Notes: generated from the letters alone by a model not told the origin. A DNA stretch of 64,000 nt from Gammaproteobacteria bacterium (GCA_965216305.1 OZ244144.1:4172941-4236940), one strand, 5' to 3'; shown: positions 44,779 to 55,243, counted from the first letter of the stretch. Made by a program: numbers and translations.

Positions 44779-46620
44779 ATGAAGAATATCGAAGCGGTAA
44801 ACGACTTCGTCGTCAAATTCGCTAACGTTAACGGCTCGGGCTCGGCTTCAGCGAACGCATTGTTCGCCCGCGCGGTGTTGCGCATGGGGGTTGCCGCGAG
44901 TCCGCGGAACATCTTTCCGTCGAACATCCAGGGCCTGCCCACGTGGTACGAAGTGCGAATCTGCGAACAGGGCTGGCAGGGTCGGCGTGGCGGGGTTGAC
45001 CTGATGGTCGCGATGAACCCGCAAACCTGGGATGAGGATGTTGCCGAGATCGAACCTGGCGGCTACCTGCTCTACGATTCCACGAAAGACCTGCTCGCGA
45101 CGAAGTTCCGCGATGACGTTCGCTCGATCGGCATCCCGCTGACGAAAATCTGCAACGAGGCGTACACCGACGCGCGTCAGCGGCAGTTGTTCAAGAACAT
45201 TATTTACGTCGGCGCGCTCGGCGCCCTGCTCGATATCGATCCGCAGGTTATCGCCTCGCTCATCAGCGAACAGTTCAAGGGCAAGGAAGCGTTGATGCAG
45301 TCGAATATCAAGGCGCTCGCGATGGGTCGCGATTACGCCCTGTCTCACTTCGACTGCCCGATCGGATTGCAGGTACAAAAAGCCGACAGTGTCGGCGACA
45401 AGATTTTTCTTGAAGGTAACAGCGCCGCCGCGCTCGGTGCCGTTTATGGCGGCGCGACGGTCTGCGCCTGGTATCCAATTACGCCGTCGTCATCGCTCGC
45501 CGAAGCGTTCGAACGTCATTGTCGCAAGTATCGCCACGACAAGGGCAGCGGGCGCGCGCGTTACGCGATTCTGCAGGCCGAGGACGAACTGTCCTCGATC
45601 GGCATGGTGATCGGCGCGGCCTGGAATGGTTCGCGCGCGTTTACCGCCACCTCGGGACCGGGCATTTCGCTGATGCAGGAATTCATCGGCTTTGCCTACT
45701 TCGCGGAAATTCCTTCCGTTATCTTCGACGTGCAGCGCGGCGGACCGTCCACCGGCATGCCTACCCGCACGCAGCAGTCCGATGTCACGCTATGCGCGTA
45801 TGCCTCGCACGGCGACACGAAACACGTACTGCTGTTCCCGGAAGATCCGAAAGAAGCGTTCGAAATGGCCGCCACCGCGTTCGACCTCGCGGACCGCCTG
45901 CAGACCCCCGTGTTCGTGATGCTCGAACTCGACATCGGCATGAACGAGCGTCTGTGTGAGCCGCTCGAATGGGATGACGGCCGCCGCTACGATCGCGGCA
46001 AGGTCATGACCCACGAAATGCTCGAACGCGGCGACGAATTCGGCCGTTACCTCGATGTTGACGTCGACGGTATTCCGTACCGCACGTATCCCGGCACGCA
46101 CCCCCAGCATGGTTCGTACTTCACCCGCGGCACAACGAAAGACCGTTACGCGAAGTACAGCGAAGCCGGTCCGGACTACGTCGACAACATGCAACGCCTG
46201 CTGCGCAAGTTCGAAACCGCGAAGAATCTCGTGCCGCAACCCGAAGTGTACGAAGACACACACACGGCTCAGTTCGGGGTGATTTTCTACGGCTCCACGG
46301 CACCGGCAATGTACGAAGCGCTCGATACGCTCGAACGCCGAGGGATCGACGTCGACGGACTCCGGATCCGCGCATTTCCGTTCGCCGATGCGGTCTCGGA
46401 GTTCATCGCCGAGCACGATCAGGTGTTCATCGTCGAACAGAATCGCGATGCGCAGTTGCGCATGCTGCTGATCAACGAATGCGGGGTCGACCCGTCCAAG
46501 CTCGTGGCGACGCTGCATTATGACGGCACGCCGATTACCGCGCGTTTTATCGTGCACGAAGTGAGCGAAGGCATTGCCGCGCTGAACGAAACGCCGGTGC
46601 GTTCCACCGGCACAAAGTAA
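44779..46620 (+). CDS. korA: 2-oxoacid:ferredoxin oxidoreductase alpha subunit (2-oxoglutarate/pyruvate type, KorA-like)
   Basis: 'FANVNGSGSASANALFARAV' gamma-domain start and overall KorA collinearity (613 aa). Confidence 0.8.
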   Translation: MKNIEAVNDFVVKFANVNGSGSASANALFARAVLRMGVAASPRNIFPSNIQGLPTWYEVRICEQGWQGRRGGVDLMVAMNPQTWDEDVAEIEPGGYLLYDSTKDLLATKFRDDVRSIGIPLTKICNEAYTDARQRQLFKNIIYVGALGALLDIDPQVIASLISEQFKGKEALMQSNIKALAMGRDYALSHFDCPIGLQVQKADSVGDKIFLEGNSAAALGAVYGGATVCAWYPITPSSSLAEAFERHCRKYRHDKGSGRARYAILQAEDELSSIGMVIGAAWNGSRAFTATSGPGISLMQEFIGFAYFAEIPSVIFDVQRGGPSTGMPTRTQQSDVTLCAYASHGDTKHVLLFPEDPKEAFEMAATAFDLADRLQTPVFVMLELDIGMNERLCEPLEWDDGRRYDRGKVMTHEMLERGDEFGRYLDVDVDGIPYRTYPGTHPQHGSYFTRGTTKDRYAKYSEAGPDYVDNMQRLLRKFETAKNLVPQPEVYEDTHTAQFGVIFYGSTAPAMYEALDTLERRGIDVDGLRIRAFPFADAVSEFIAEHDQVFIVEQNRDAQLRMLLINECGVDPSKLVATLHYDGTPITARFIVHEVSEGIAALNETPVRSTGTK

Positions 46621-46636
46621 CGTCGGGATCCTCGCC

Positions 46637-47692
46637 ATGACTTTCATCCCCAAACCCAAACTTGCCCATCCCGCCGTCGCGAAAAACGAGCTCGGTTATA
46701 CGCGCCGTTACTACGAAGGCTCGGTGTCCACCCTGTGCGCGGGCTGCGGCCACGATTCGATCAGCGCAGGCATCGTCCAGGCGTTTTTCGAGCTGAACAT
46801 CGAACCGCATCGGGTCGCGAAACTGTCCGGGATTGGCTGTTCGTCGAAAACACCCACGTACTTTCTCGGCAGCTCACATGGCCTGAACAGCGTGCACGGA
46901 CGCATGCCGTCGGTGCTTACCGGCGCGAATCTCGCGAATCGGGAATTGCTGTATCTCGGCGTCTCGGGCGACGGTGATTCGGCCTCAATCGGGCTTGGCC
47001 AGTTCGCCCACTGTCTGCGACGCGGCGTAAACATGGTGTATGTCGTCGAGAACAATGGTGTCTATGGACTCACGAAGGGCCAGTTTTCGGCCACCGCCGA
47101 CAAAGGCTCGAAATCGAAACGCGGGGTCGTCAACCCGGACAGCAATATCGATATGGTCGGACTTGCGCTGCAACTCGGGGCAACGTTCGTTGCGCGCAGT
47201 TTCTCCGGCGACAAAGATCAGCTCGTACCGCTGCTGAAAGCCGCGATCGAACACAAGGGCGCGGCGTTCATCGATGTGATCAGTCCGTGTGTCGCGTTCA
47301 ACAATCACGCAGGTTCGACGAAAAGCTACGACTACGTGCGCGAGCATAACGAGGTGCTCAATCGCCTCGACTTCATCCCGCGGCGCGACCCTATCACGGC
47401 CGAGTACGACGAAGGTAATGTGGAGGATATCGTTCAGCACGATGGTTCGGTTATTCGCCTGCGAAAAATATCGAAAGATTACGACCCCCACGATCACATT
47501 GCGGCGACGAATTTCCTGCAGGCGCGCGCGGCGGAAGGCGAAATTGTCACTGGCCTCATTTACCTCGATCCGGACGCGGAAGACCTTCACAGCAATCTGA
47601 ACACGGTTGAACTGCCCTTGAATTCGCTCGACGAGGAAGAACTGTGTCCGGGCGCAACGGCACTGAAAGCACTCAACGCAACGTTGCGGTGA
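46637..47692 (+). CDS. korB: 2-oxoacid:ferredoxin oxidoreductase beta subunit (TPP-binding, KorB-like)
   Basis: 'CAGCGHDSI', 'GIGCSS', 'GDGDSASIG' TPP-binding motif. Confidence 0.8.
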   Translation: MTFIPKPKLAHPAVAKNELGYTRRYYEGSVSTLCAGCGHDSISAGIVQAFFELNIEPHRVAKLSGIGCSSKTPTYFLGSSHGLNSVHGRMPSVLTGANLANRELLYLGVSGDGDSASIGLGQFAHCLRRGVNMVYVVENNGVYGLTKGQFSATADKGSKSKRGVVNPDSNIDMVGLALQLGATFVARSFSGDKDQLVPLLKAAIEHKGAAFIDVISPCVAFNNHAGSTKSYDYVREHNEVLNRLDFIPRRDPITAEYDEGNVEDIVQHDGSVIRLRKISKDYDPHDHIAATNFLQARAAEGEIVTGLIYLDPDAEDLHSNLNTVELPLNSLDEEELCPGATALKALNATLR

Positions 47693-47769
47693 TCGGCCCC
47701 GTGATTGCTGCGCGCCGCTGTGACGGCGCTTGTCGCACACCGTTGTGCGGCAAGCACCGGGAGCACCCG

Positions 47770-48549
47770 ATGAAGAACCGCCAGCCCGCCATCAGCGCTC
47801 GCTTGCGCAGGGCCGCGGGCACGCTCGTCCTCATGCTGCTCGCATTGGTGCCAATGGCGGCGGCGTTCGCGGTGGATTTCCCCGACAAGCCGCCGGACAC
47901 GGACTTTTTCGTCGATCGCGCGGAGCTGCTCGACCCGGCGGCACGCACGGCCGTCAACGAAACGGCCGCCGCCCTGCTCCGCGACGAACGAATCCCGCTG
48001 TTCGTCGTCACCCTTCCGTCGCTGTCCGCCTACCAGGCCAGCGGTATGAGCATCGAGCGTTACGCCGGGCGCTTGTTCGATCACTGGGGCATCGGCTCGC
48101 AGGAGCGTAATTACGGTATGTTGTTGCTCGTTTCCGTTGGCGACCGCAAGGCGCGGATTGAACTCGGTGCCGGGTTCGGCCATGAATACGATGTCCACAG
48201 TGCGGACATCATGCAGTCGCTGATCGTGCCCGCTTTCAAGCGTGGCGATTTCGCGCTCGGCATAACCGACGGCACGCGCGGGCTCGACGCCATGGCGCGG
48301 GGCCTGCAGCTACCGCAAGCAACCCGACCGTGGTGGGTGCTGCCGGCGATGATCCTCGGCGCGGTCTTCATCGGCTTCGCGATTTACAACCTGTTTCGCA
48401 GCGGTCGCAGCGGCTGGGCCTGGGCCTTGATCGCGGCACTCGCGGTCGCGCTGTTTTTTCTCCTGCGCGCGTCAGCCACAGCGGGCGGATCGGGTGGCGG
48501 CTTCGGCGGCGGCTCCTCCGGTGGCGGCGGCGCGACAGGCTCCTGGTAA
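47770..48549 (+). CDS. TPM-domain (YgcG-like) membrane protein with a Gly-rich C-terminal tail
   Basis: Signal peptide; 'FVDRAELLDPAARTAVNETAAALLRDERIPLFVVTLPSL' TPM phosphatase-fold motif; TM helix; 'GGSGGGFGGGSSGGGGATGSW' tail. Confidence 0.7.
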   Translation: MKNRQPAISARLRRAAGTLVLMLLALVPMAAAFAVDFPDKPPDTDFFVDRAELLDPAARTAVNETAAALLRDERIPLFVVTLPSLSAYQASGMSIERYAGRLFDHWGIGSQERNYGMLLLVSVGDRKARIELGAGFGHEYDVHSADIMQSLIVPAFKRGDFALGITDGTRGLDAMARGLQLPQATRPWWVLPAMILGAVFIGFAIYNLFRSGRSGWAWALIAALAVALFFLLRASATAGGSGGGFGGGSSGGGGATGSW

Positions 48550-48555
48550 GCGGAT

Positions 48556-49218
48556 ATGCGCGCATCAAACCTCTTCAGCCGCGACGATATTGCTGCGATC
48601 GAAACTACGATCGAAACCGCCGAACGGGCAACCGCGGCGGAAATTGTACCGGTCGTGACCAGCGCCTCCGGCCGTTACGATCGTGCCGAGGACCTGTTCG
48701 GCCTGTGCCTCGCACTGCTCGCACTTGCGCTCGCCTGGGTCGTGTTCGACAACAACAGCGCCGTGACAGCGAGTTGGGCGTCGTCCGGGCTCGGCCTTGG
48801 CGCAGCACTGATCATCGTGCTCGGCGGTTTTATCGCCGGCGCCACGCTCGCCACGCGCGTAACCGCCTTGCGATTGCCGTTCATTTCAAGTGCGGAAATG
48901 CTCGCGGAGGTGGAACGCGGGGCGCGCGAGGCGTTTCAGCGTGAACGTATTCGCGCGACGACGAATGGCGCCGGCGTACTGATTTACGTTTCCCTGCACG
49001 AGCGACTCGTCAGGGTGCTCGCCGACGACCGTGCGGCGGAACAGCTGTCGAGCGCAATGCTCGAAGAAATCTGTACGCTCGTAACGGATGGTCTGCAACG
49101 CGGCGCGGCCGCGGACGGTCTCTGCGCGGCGATCACGCGCACGGGTGAATTGCTCGCGAATGCACTGCCCGCGAATGGCGCGAGCGATCTGCCCAACCAC
49201 CTCGTTTTGATCGATTGA
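48556..49218 (+). CDS. TPM-domain-containing protein (second TPM paralogue)
   Basis: 'DDIAAIETTIETAERATAAEIVPVV' then a TM segment. Confidence 0.5.
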   Translation: MRASNLFSRDDIAAIETTIETAERATAAEIVPVVTSASGRYDRAEDLFGLCLALLALALAWVVFDNNSAVTASWASSGLGLGAALIIVLGGFIAGATLATRVTALRLPFISSAEMLAEVERGAREAFQRERIRATTNGAGVLIYVSLHERLVRVLADDRAAEQLSSAMLEEICTLVTDGLQRGAAADGLCAAITRTGELLANALPANGASDLPNHLVLID

Positions 49219-50009
49219 CCGGCCCCAAGAGCGTCCTCGTCACCGGTTCGAGCGACGGCATCGGTCGCGCAACCGCGGCCGAACTCGCGGTGCGCGGCTG
49301 GCACGTGCTCGTTCACGGACGTCACGCCAGGAAGGCCGCGGCTGCCGCGGCTGCCCTCGGCGGCACCCCGGTCAGTGGCGATTTCACATGTCTCGATGAG
49401 GTGGTTACGCTCGCGGCGCAGGTTCGCGAGGCAGCGCCCGTACTCCATGCTCTCGTGAACAATGCTGGAATCTACCCACGCCGTCGCGAGCTCACGGATG
49501 ACGGTTTCGAAACCACGATCGCGGTCAATCATTTCGCGCCGTTCGTACTCACGCATCATCTGCTCCCGGCACTCAAAGCCGCACCGGCCGGACGCATTGT
49601 CAATGTCAGTTCGATGACCCACAGTGGCGCGAAACTCGATCCCCGGGCGCTCAATATCGAACATGGCTGGGACCCTTACCAGGCCTATGCGGCGTCGAAA
49701 CTCGCGAACATCGTGTTTACGCGGCAGCTGGCGAAAAACCTGCGTCGCACGGCACTTACCGCGAATTCACTGCACCCCGGCGTGGTCGGCACGAAACTGT
49801 TGCGCGCCGGCTTCTCGATTGCCGGTGACAGTCCGGCGAATGGCGCGCGCACCTCGGTCTATCTCGTTGATGACCCCGCGGTGGCGGGAGTTTCCGGCCG
49901 CTACTTCGTCGATTGTCGTGCCACCCAGCCGGCGCGCGCGGCTCTCGACGACAAGTTTACGCAAGCCGTGTGGGATGCGAGCGCGAGCGCGGTGGCCGCG
50001 TATTTATGA
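49215..50009 (+). CDS. SDR family oxidoreductase (TTG start)
   Basis: 'VLVTGSSDGIGRATAAEL', 'NNAGI', 'YAASKLAN' catalytic YxxxK. Confidence 0.75.
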   Translation: MTGPKSVLVTGSSDGIGRATAAELAVRGWHVLVHGRHARKAAAAAAALGGTPVSGDFTCLDEVVTLAAQVREAAPVLHALVNNAGIYPRRRELTDDGFETTIAVNHFAPFVLTHHLLPALKAAPAGRIVNVSSMTHSGAKLDPRALNIEHGWDPYQAYAASKLANIVFTRQLAKNLRRTALTANSLHPGVVGTKLLRAGFSIAGDSPANGARTSVYLVDDPAVAGVSGRYFVDCRATQPARAALDDKFTQAVWDASASAVAAYL

Positions 50010-50855
50010 TCGGGGGTGACCCCGGGTTGAACAGTGCTGCAGATACTCGACGAATAGCCGGGCGACGTCGTCGGGGCGATCGAGCATGAACCAGTGACTG
50101 CCACCCTCGAGGCGATGATACGACCATTCGGCGTCGACGTAGGCGCCGGAGGACACCATCTGCACTTCCGTCAGATACGCATCGCCCGTGCTCCAGATCC
50201 CGAGCGTCGGGCATTGTACGTGCGGTAATACCCAACCTTCCGGCGTCCAGGAATCGAGATCGACGTTCGCGCGATACCAGTTCAGCGCCGCGGTGAGCGC
50301 TCCGGGCCGCGATAAGTCGGCGAGCCAGGTTTCCATCTCACTGTGGTGCGCGAACAGATCGCGGAACCATTGCCAGTCGTCACGCCTGAGGATCTCTTCG
50401 GCAAGACCTTCGCGCATGAACATCAGCATGTACCAGGCGAGGCGCCGCTGTGCGATACCGGCATGCCAAAGCGCACTCAAATGGCCGACGGAACACGCGA
50501 TATGACGCTCCACGCGCTCCGGGCAGAACGCCGCGAGCGCCCAGCCCACGGCCGCGCCCCAGTCGTGACTGATAACGGCGACGCGTTCGAGCCCGAGTGC
50601 GTCGAGCAGGCGCACGGCGTCGCCCATCGTCTCACCGATCGTATAGGCTGATTTTTCGGCCGGTTTAGCGCTTTGACCAAAACCGCGCTGGTCCGGCGCG
50701 ATCACACGAAACCCGGCATCGACGAGGCGCGGGATCTGATGTCGCCACAAGCGCGCGGAATCGGGAAAGCCGTGCAGCATGAGCACGGGATCGCCCGTTC
50801 CTTCGTCCGTTACGGCAAATTCAAGCTCGCCGAGTTGCATCGTCGTCGCTGGCAT
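50004..50855 (-). CDS. Alpha/beta hydrolase (epoxide hydrolase-like)
   Basis: 'VLMLHGFPDSARLWRHQ', nucleophile elbow 'ISHDWGAAV'. Confidence 0.8.
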   Translation of the reverse strand: MPATTMQLGELEFAVTDEGTGDPVLMLHGFPDSARLWRHQIPRLVDAGFRVIAPDQRGFGQSAKPAEKSAYTIGETMGDAVRLLDALGLERVAVISHDWGAAVGWALAAFCPERVERHIACSVGHLSALWHAGIAQRRLAWYMLMFMREGLAEEILRRDDWQWFRDLFAHHSEMETWLADLSRPGALTAALNWYRANVDLDSWTPEGWVLPHVQCPTLGIWSTGDAYLTEVQMVSSGAYVDAEWSYHRLEGGSHWFMLDRPDDVARLFVEYLQHCSTRGHPRS

Positions 50856-50894
50856 CGTCGAACTCTCCGGTCAGCGCGTGCGGCGCGGGTGAAT

Positions 50895-51455
50895 CTATCC
50901 CGCCGAAGCCTCGACAAGATTGCCCTCGTCATCGAGCGTGAGCCCGGCCGCCGCGGCCATCTCTTTCATCGATTCGGGCCAGCCGACCCGGCCCGGATCC
51001 TTGCCACCGACGACGGCCAGCATCATCGCGGTTTCATCGCCGATGTTGCGAAAGCCGCGCATCACGTGCGTGGGCAGGGAGATCACGTCGTACTGTCCGA
51101 GGATAACTTCGCGTTCGCCTTCGGGCCCCCAGAATATCGACCAGCGCCCATTCAGCGGCATGAACACTTCCTGCGTCAGGTGCGAATGCAGCGCCGCGCC
51201 CTTGCCGGGTTCGGAGCGAATCATCGCGAGATGAAAGTCCTGCGCTTCGATCGGCGGATTCATTGCCGGATCTTCCATCACCCCACCGCCGATGATGCTG
51301 AATATTTCGCGTTCGTGCCCGGGGATCCGGGTGTCGATGAACGCTTTGTCGGAACTTTTCTGATCCTTGAAACGCGCAACGTGGCGTTCCATTTCTTCAA
51401 CCGAGAAATCGATTGTGCTTACTTCTGCAACCTCGACCATCTTCGCCTCCAACAC
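50895..51455 (-). CDS. Cupin domain protein
   Basis: 'GAALHSHLTQEVFMPLNGRW' cupin motif pair. Confidence 0.6.
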   Translation of the reverse strand: MLEAKMVEVAEVSTIDFSVEEMERHVARFKDQKSSDKAFIDTRIPGHEREIFSIIGGGVMEDPAMNPPIEAQDFHLAMIRSEPGKGAALHSHLTQEVFMPLNGRWSIFWGPEGEREVILGQYDVISLPTHVMRGFRNIGDETAMMLAVVGGKDPGRVGWPESMKEMAAAAGLTLDDEGNLVEASAG

Positions 51456-51717
51456 CCTGAGTGAGTCCGGGTGAGACTAATTAAGCGTGCGTAAACTTGC
51501 AACACTGCAACGCCGGGGTTTCGGCGCACAGCTGCACCCCCTGCCTGTCCCTTCCTCTCGATTTGAGGGCAAGGGCACCAACGTCCCTGGCGCTCGTGTT
51601 GGATTTATTCGCGCACCCATTCTGCGCGACCAGCCGTGAGCATCCCCTGCGAATGGTCGAGCGCGAGCGCAAGATACGCTATGGTTGCGCCGCCAGCCAA
51701 GATCCCGGAATGAATTT

Positions 51718-53511
51718 ATGCGTGTCGCCCTCCAGTCCCTGATAATCCGCTGTCTCGCCGTTGTCCTGCTGGGCATTCCGCTCGCCCTCGCCGAGGAAAC
51801 GGCGAACGAGCCCGCACCATCGGACGAGCCGAAACCGATCCCGGAATCTCTGCGCTCGCCACGCGCGACGATGGAAACGTTCCTCGATGCGATGGATGCA
51901 ACGCGGGCAGGTGAGACGGCGGCGATCGAGCAGGCCATCGCCACCCTCGACCTGTCGGCGCTCAGCCCGCTCATCCGGGAGGAAAAAGGTCGCGACGCGG
52001 CGTGGATACTGCAGGAAGTGATCGACCGAACCCGGATCCCGAACACGAAACGCGTGTCCACGCGAACCAGCGGCAAACCGTATGTTTTCAATACTTACGA
52101 AAACGGCGCCATAGAAATTGCGTTCGTGGACGACGTTGGCTGGCAATTCAGCAGCGCAACGATCGCGGCGCTGCCGGCACTGCTCGATGAGGTCTCGACC
52201 CAGGACAAGGTGGAAGGCGCCCACGACAGCGCGGCGCAACTGCCAATCCACCTGCGCTTGCGTGCGATGATCCCGCCGCGATTCAAAGAGACGCGGTTCA
52301 TCCTCGAACAATGGCAGTGGCTTGGTATCGCCGTGGTCATCCTGGCCGGACTCATCGTCGACAAGCTGCTCGCAACGCTGCTCGCTCTGGGCGTACGCAT
52401 CTGGCGCGCGCGCCGGGCACGCGGAGCCTACCGCCAGGTGTCGGACAAGATCCTGCGACCGTTCGGCCTCATGGCGATGGCGTTCCTTTGGTGGGCCGGG
52501 GTGAACATGCTCGGACTACCGGCCTCGGCGCTGCTCATACTGCTCGTGTCGGTGAAATTTCTCGCCTGCCTCGCCACGGTCTGGGCCGCTTACCGGCTCG
52601 TCGATTTGATTGCCGCGTTTCTGAACCAGACGGCGTCACGCACCCACAGCAAACTCGATGATGCGCTCGTACCACTGGTGACGAAGACGATGAAGGTGTT
52701 CGTCACCGTGATGGGGATCGTGTTCATCGCCGATAACCTCGATGTCGATGTCACGAGCCTGCTGGCCGGGCTCGGGCTCGGCGGCCTCGCGTTCGCGCTC
52801 GCCGCGAAAGACGTCGCCGGCAATCTGTTCGGTTCGATCACGGTGCTGCTCGACCAGACGTTCCATGTCGGCGATTGGGTCATCATTGGTGACGTCGAAG
52901 GTTCGGTTGAACACATCGGATTCCGCAGCACCCGGATCCGCACGTTCTACAACTCGCTCGTTTCGGTGCCGAACTCGACGCTGATTACCTCGGCGGTCGA
53001 CAACATGGGCGAGCGCACGTACCGTCGTTTGAGCTGCAAACTGTCAATCGCCTACGATACGCCGCCGGAGCGTATCGAGGCGTTCTGTGAGGGGATACGC
53101 GAGATCGTGCGTCAGCATCCCTATACGCGCAAAGACAGCTATCACGTGTATCTGAACGAATTCAGCGCGTCCGCGCTCGAAATCCTGATCTATATTTTCT
53201 GGCGTACGCCGGAATGGGGCACGGAATTACGCGAACGGCATCGCTTTCTGGTTGACTGCCTGCGACTGGCGAAACGCCTCGGCGTCGAGTTCGCCTACCC
53301 CACGCAGACGGTGCACCTGAAACAAGCGGAGAACGGTTTGCTCACCCCGGAATCAGACCCGTTTTCGCCCGCACGCAGCGAGAGCGACGCGCACGAGTAC
53401 GGCATCGAGGAAGCGCGGGCGATCGTCGCGGCAACCACGGGGCTCGGCGTCGTGCCGCCGCCGGTGATCCTCACCGGCAGCGGCCGTGGCGCGGGCGACA
53501 GCGGCGAATAG
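51718..53511 (+). CDS. Mechanosensitive ion channel family protein (MscS-like with periplasmic N-domain)
   Basis: Signal peptide, about 5 TM helices, MscS beta-domain 'GSITVLLDQTFHVGDWVIIGDVEGSVEHIGFRSTRIRT'. Confidence 0.8.
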   Translation: MRVALQSLIIRCLAVVLLGIPLALAEETANEPAPSDEPKPIPESLRSPRATMETFLDAMDATRAGETAAIEQAIATLDLSALSPLIREEKGRDAAWILQEVIDRTRIPNTKRVSTRTSGKPYVFNTYENGAIEIAFVDDVGWQFSSATIAALPALLDEVSTQDKVEGAHDSAAQLPIHLRLRAMIPPRFKETRFILEQWQWLGIAVVILAGLIVDKLLATLLALGVRIWRARRARGAYRQVSDKILRPFGLMAMAFLWWAGVNMLGLPASALLILLVSVKFLACLATVWAAYRLVDLIAAFLNQTASRTHSKLDDALVPLVTKTMKVFVTVMGIVFIADNLDVDVTSLLAGLGLGGLAFALAAKDVAGNLFGSITVLLDQTFHVGDWVIIGDVEGSVEHIGFRSTRIRTFYNSLVSVPNSTLITSAVDNMGERTYRRLSCKLSIAYDTPPERIEAFCEGIREIVRQHPYTRKDSYHVYLNEFSASALEILIYIFWRTPEWGTELRERHRFLVDCLRLAKRLGVEFAYPTQTVHLKQAENGLLTPESDPFSPARSESDAHEYGIEEARAIVAATTGLGVVPPPVILTGSGRGAGDSGE

Positions 53512-53565
53512 CGCGCGGCTTCTGCCGCCGCTGACGGCCATGCCCTGTGGGCGCCGCGGGCGGGC

Positions 53566-54447
53566 TCAGGCCCCGGGCGCGAGCGCTTCCAGTACCGCCC
53601 AGTCCGGGCCCGACTGGTCATCCGTGCGCAGGGCCTGGATCACGACCTGGTCGGCACCGGCTTCGAAATACCGATCGAGCTTTGCCTGGATCTCGGCCGC
53701 GTCGCCCCAGTAGACCATCGCATCCATGAGCCGATCGCTGCCGCCGTTTTCAAGATCCGCTTCGTTGAAACCAAGGCGGAACCAGTTCTTGTAGTAGTTC
53801 GGCAGCGGCAAATACGGCGCCAGCGCCGCCCGCGCGACCGCGCGCGCCTGCACGGGATCCGTGCACAAACACACTTTTTGCTCACAAATTACCGCGGCGT
53901 CCGGCCCCATCAGATCGCGGGAAATCGTCGCCTGCTCCGGGGTAATGTTGTACGGGAATGCGCCGAGCGTACGTTCGCCGGACAGCTTCGACATGTTCGG
54001 CCCGAGCGCCGCGAGCACGACCTGCTTTTCCGCCGGCGCACCACCGAGCGCTTCGAAAGCCTGATCCATGCCATCGAGGTAGGCACGCATCGTCGCCAGC
54101 GGCTTCTTGTATTCATGGCCGCGTACGTCCGACACGAGCGGTGCGTGCGAGACGCCGAGGCCGAGCACGAAGCGGCCATCGTACAGCGCGTTGAGCGAAT
54201 TGTGGCCCATCACGGCCGCGGCCGGGTCACGCGCATAGATATTCGCGATACCGCTCGCGACGATGAGTTTCTCGCTGCAGCTCAGGAGGTAACCGCCAAT
54301 CGCGAACGCCTCGTAGTTAAATGCCTCCGGATACCACAGCGCCGAATAGCCGAGCGCTTCGATTCGTTTCGTCATGTCAGCGAGCGCCGCCGCATCCATC
54401 ACATCGGTAAAGGCAAACACCCCGTATTTTCCAAACTTCATCGCCAC
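53566..54447 (-). CDS. LLM-class F420/flavin-dependent oxidoreductase
   Basis: 'MKFGKYGVFAF...' luciferase-like TIM barrel. Confidence 0.7.
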   Translation of the reverse strand: MAMKFGKYGVFAFTDVMDAAALADMTKRIEALGYSALWYPEAFNYEAFAIGGYLLSCSEKLIVASGIANIYARDPAAAVMGHNSLNALYDGRFVLGLGVSHAPLVSDVRGHEYKKPLATMRAYLDGMDQAFEALGGAPAEKQVVLAALGPNMSKLSGERTLGAFPYNITPEQATISRDLMGPDAAVICEQKVCLCTDPVQARAVARAALAPYLPLPNYYKNWFRLGFNEADLENGGSDRLMDAMVYWGDAAEIQAKLDRYFEAGADQVVIQALRTDDQSGPDWAVLEALAPGA

Positions 54448-54535
54448 CCTTCCTGTTTTGTTGCGCGAGACAAGAACCGCCGAACTTATCCCCGCCGGTT
54501 CGCGAGCGGCGGGGTCGACCGTTACGTAACGCCGC

Positions 54536-55159
54536 CTAGGTCAGCGGTGACGGCGGCGCAGCCAGCAGGATTTTGCTTTGCTGCGACTTTAACGCCAGAC
54601 GCCGCCCCTTCGGCGGCCAGAGTCCTTTTGCAATTGCCTCGGCACGCACGGTTGCGCGTTGGTCGAGACTTTCATAGGCCCAGATGTGCACGAACTTGTT
54701 CAAGCCGCCAAGCTCCGAGTGCATCGCCACGACGAGCGGCGACATTTCGAGACGCTGCGGCAAGTATTTCGCCCAGTTCTCGTACATTTCCGGGAGCATG
54801 CCGGGCAAAATTTCGTATTCGCGCCATTCGAAAATCGGACCGAGGGAGCCACTCGCCATTCGTGGCGAGAATGGTGCGGGAATGAAGATTTCCGCGCGCA
54901 TGTCCCGAACAAGGTGCCCGATCGGCGGCGGCCAGCCGGTAATCTCGCCGGAGCTGAATTGCGCGCGTTTATGTTCGCGATCAGCAAGGCTTTCGTACGG
55001 CCAGATATGCACGACCTCGTTCAGCGGTCCGATATCGGTGTAGAACAAGCCACTCATTTTCGAAACTTTCTCGCGCACCGGATAGGCTTGCGCAAATAAT
55101 TCGAAGAATTCCGGCAGCGCGCGCGGCTTCAGCTGGTAGGTGCGGGCTTCATAGATCAT
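54536..55159 (-). CDS. NIPSNAP family protein (tandem dimeric alpha/beta barrel domains)
   Basis: Two repeats of 'VHIWxYESL' ('VVHIWPYESLADRE', 'FVHIWAYESLDQR'). Confidence 0.7.
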   Translation of the reverse strand: MIYEARTYQLKPRALPEFFELFAQAYPVREKVSKMSGLFYTDIGPLNEVVHIWPYESLADREHKRAQFSSGEITGWPPPIGHLVRDMRAEIFIPAPFSPRMASGSLGPIFEWREYEILPGMLPEMYENWAKYLPQRLEMSPLVVAMHSELGGLNKFVHIWAYESLDQRATVRAEAIAKGLWPPKGRRLALKSQQSKILLAAPPSPLT

Positions 55160-55243
55160 GCTGCTTCTCTGGTCGGACCGACGACGTTCGCCTGGACCGC
55201 ATCATAGCGAATCGATCACAAGGCTCCAACGCGCCGCACCAGC

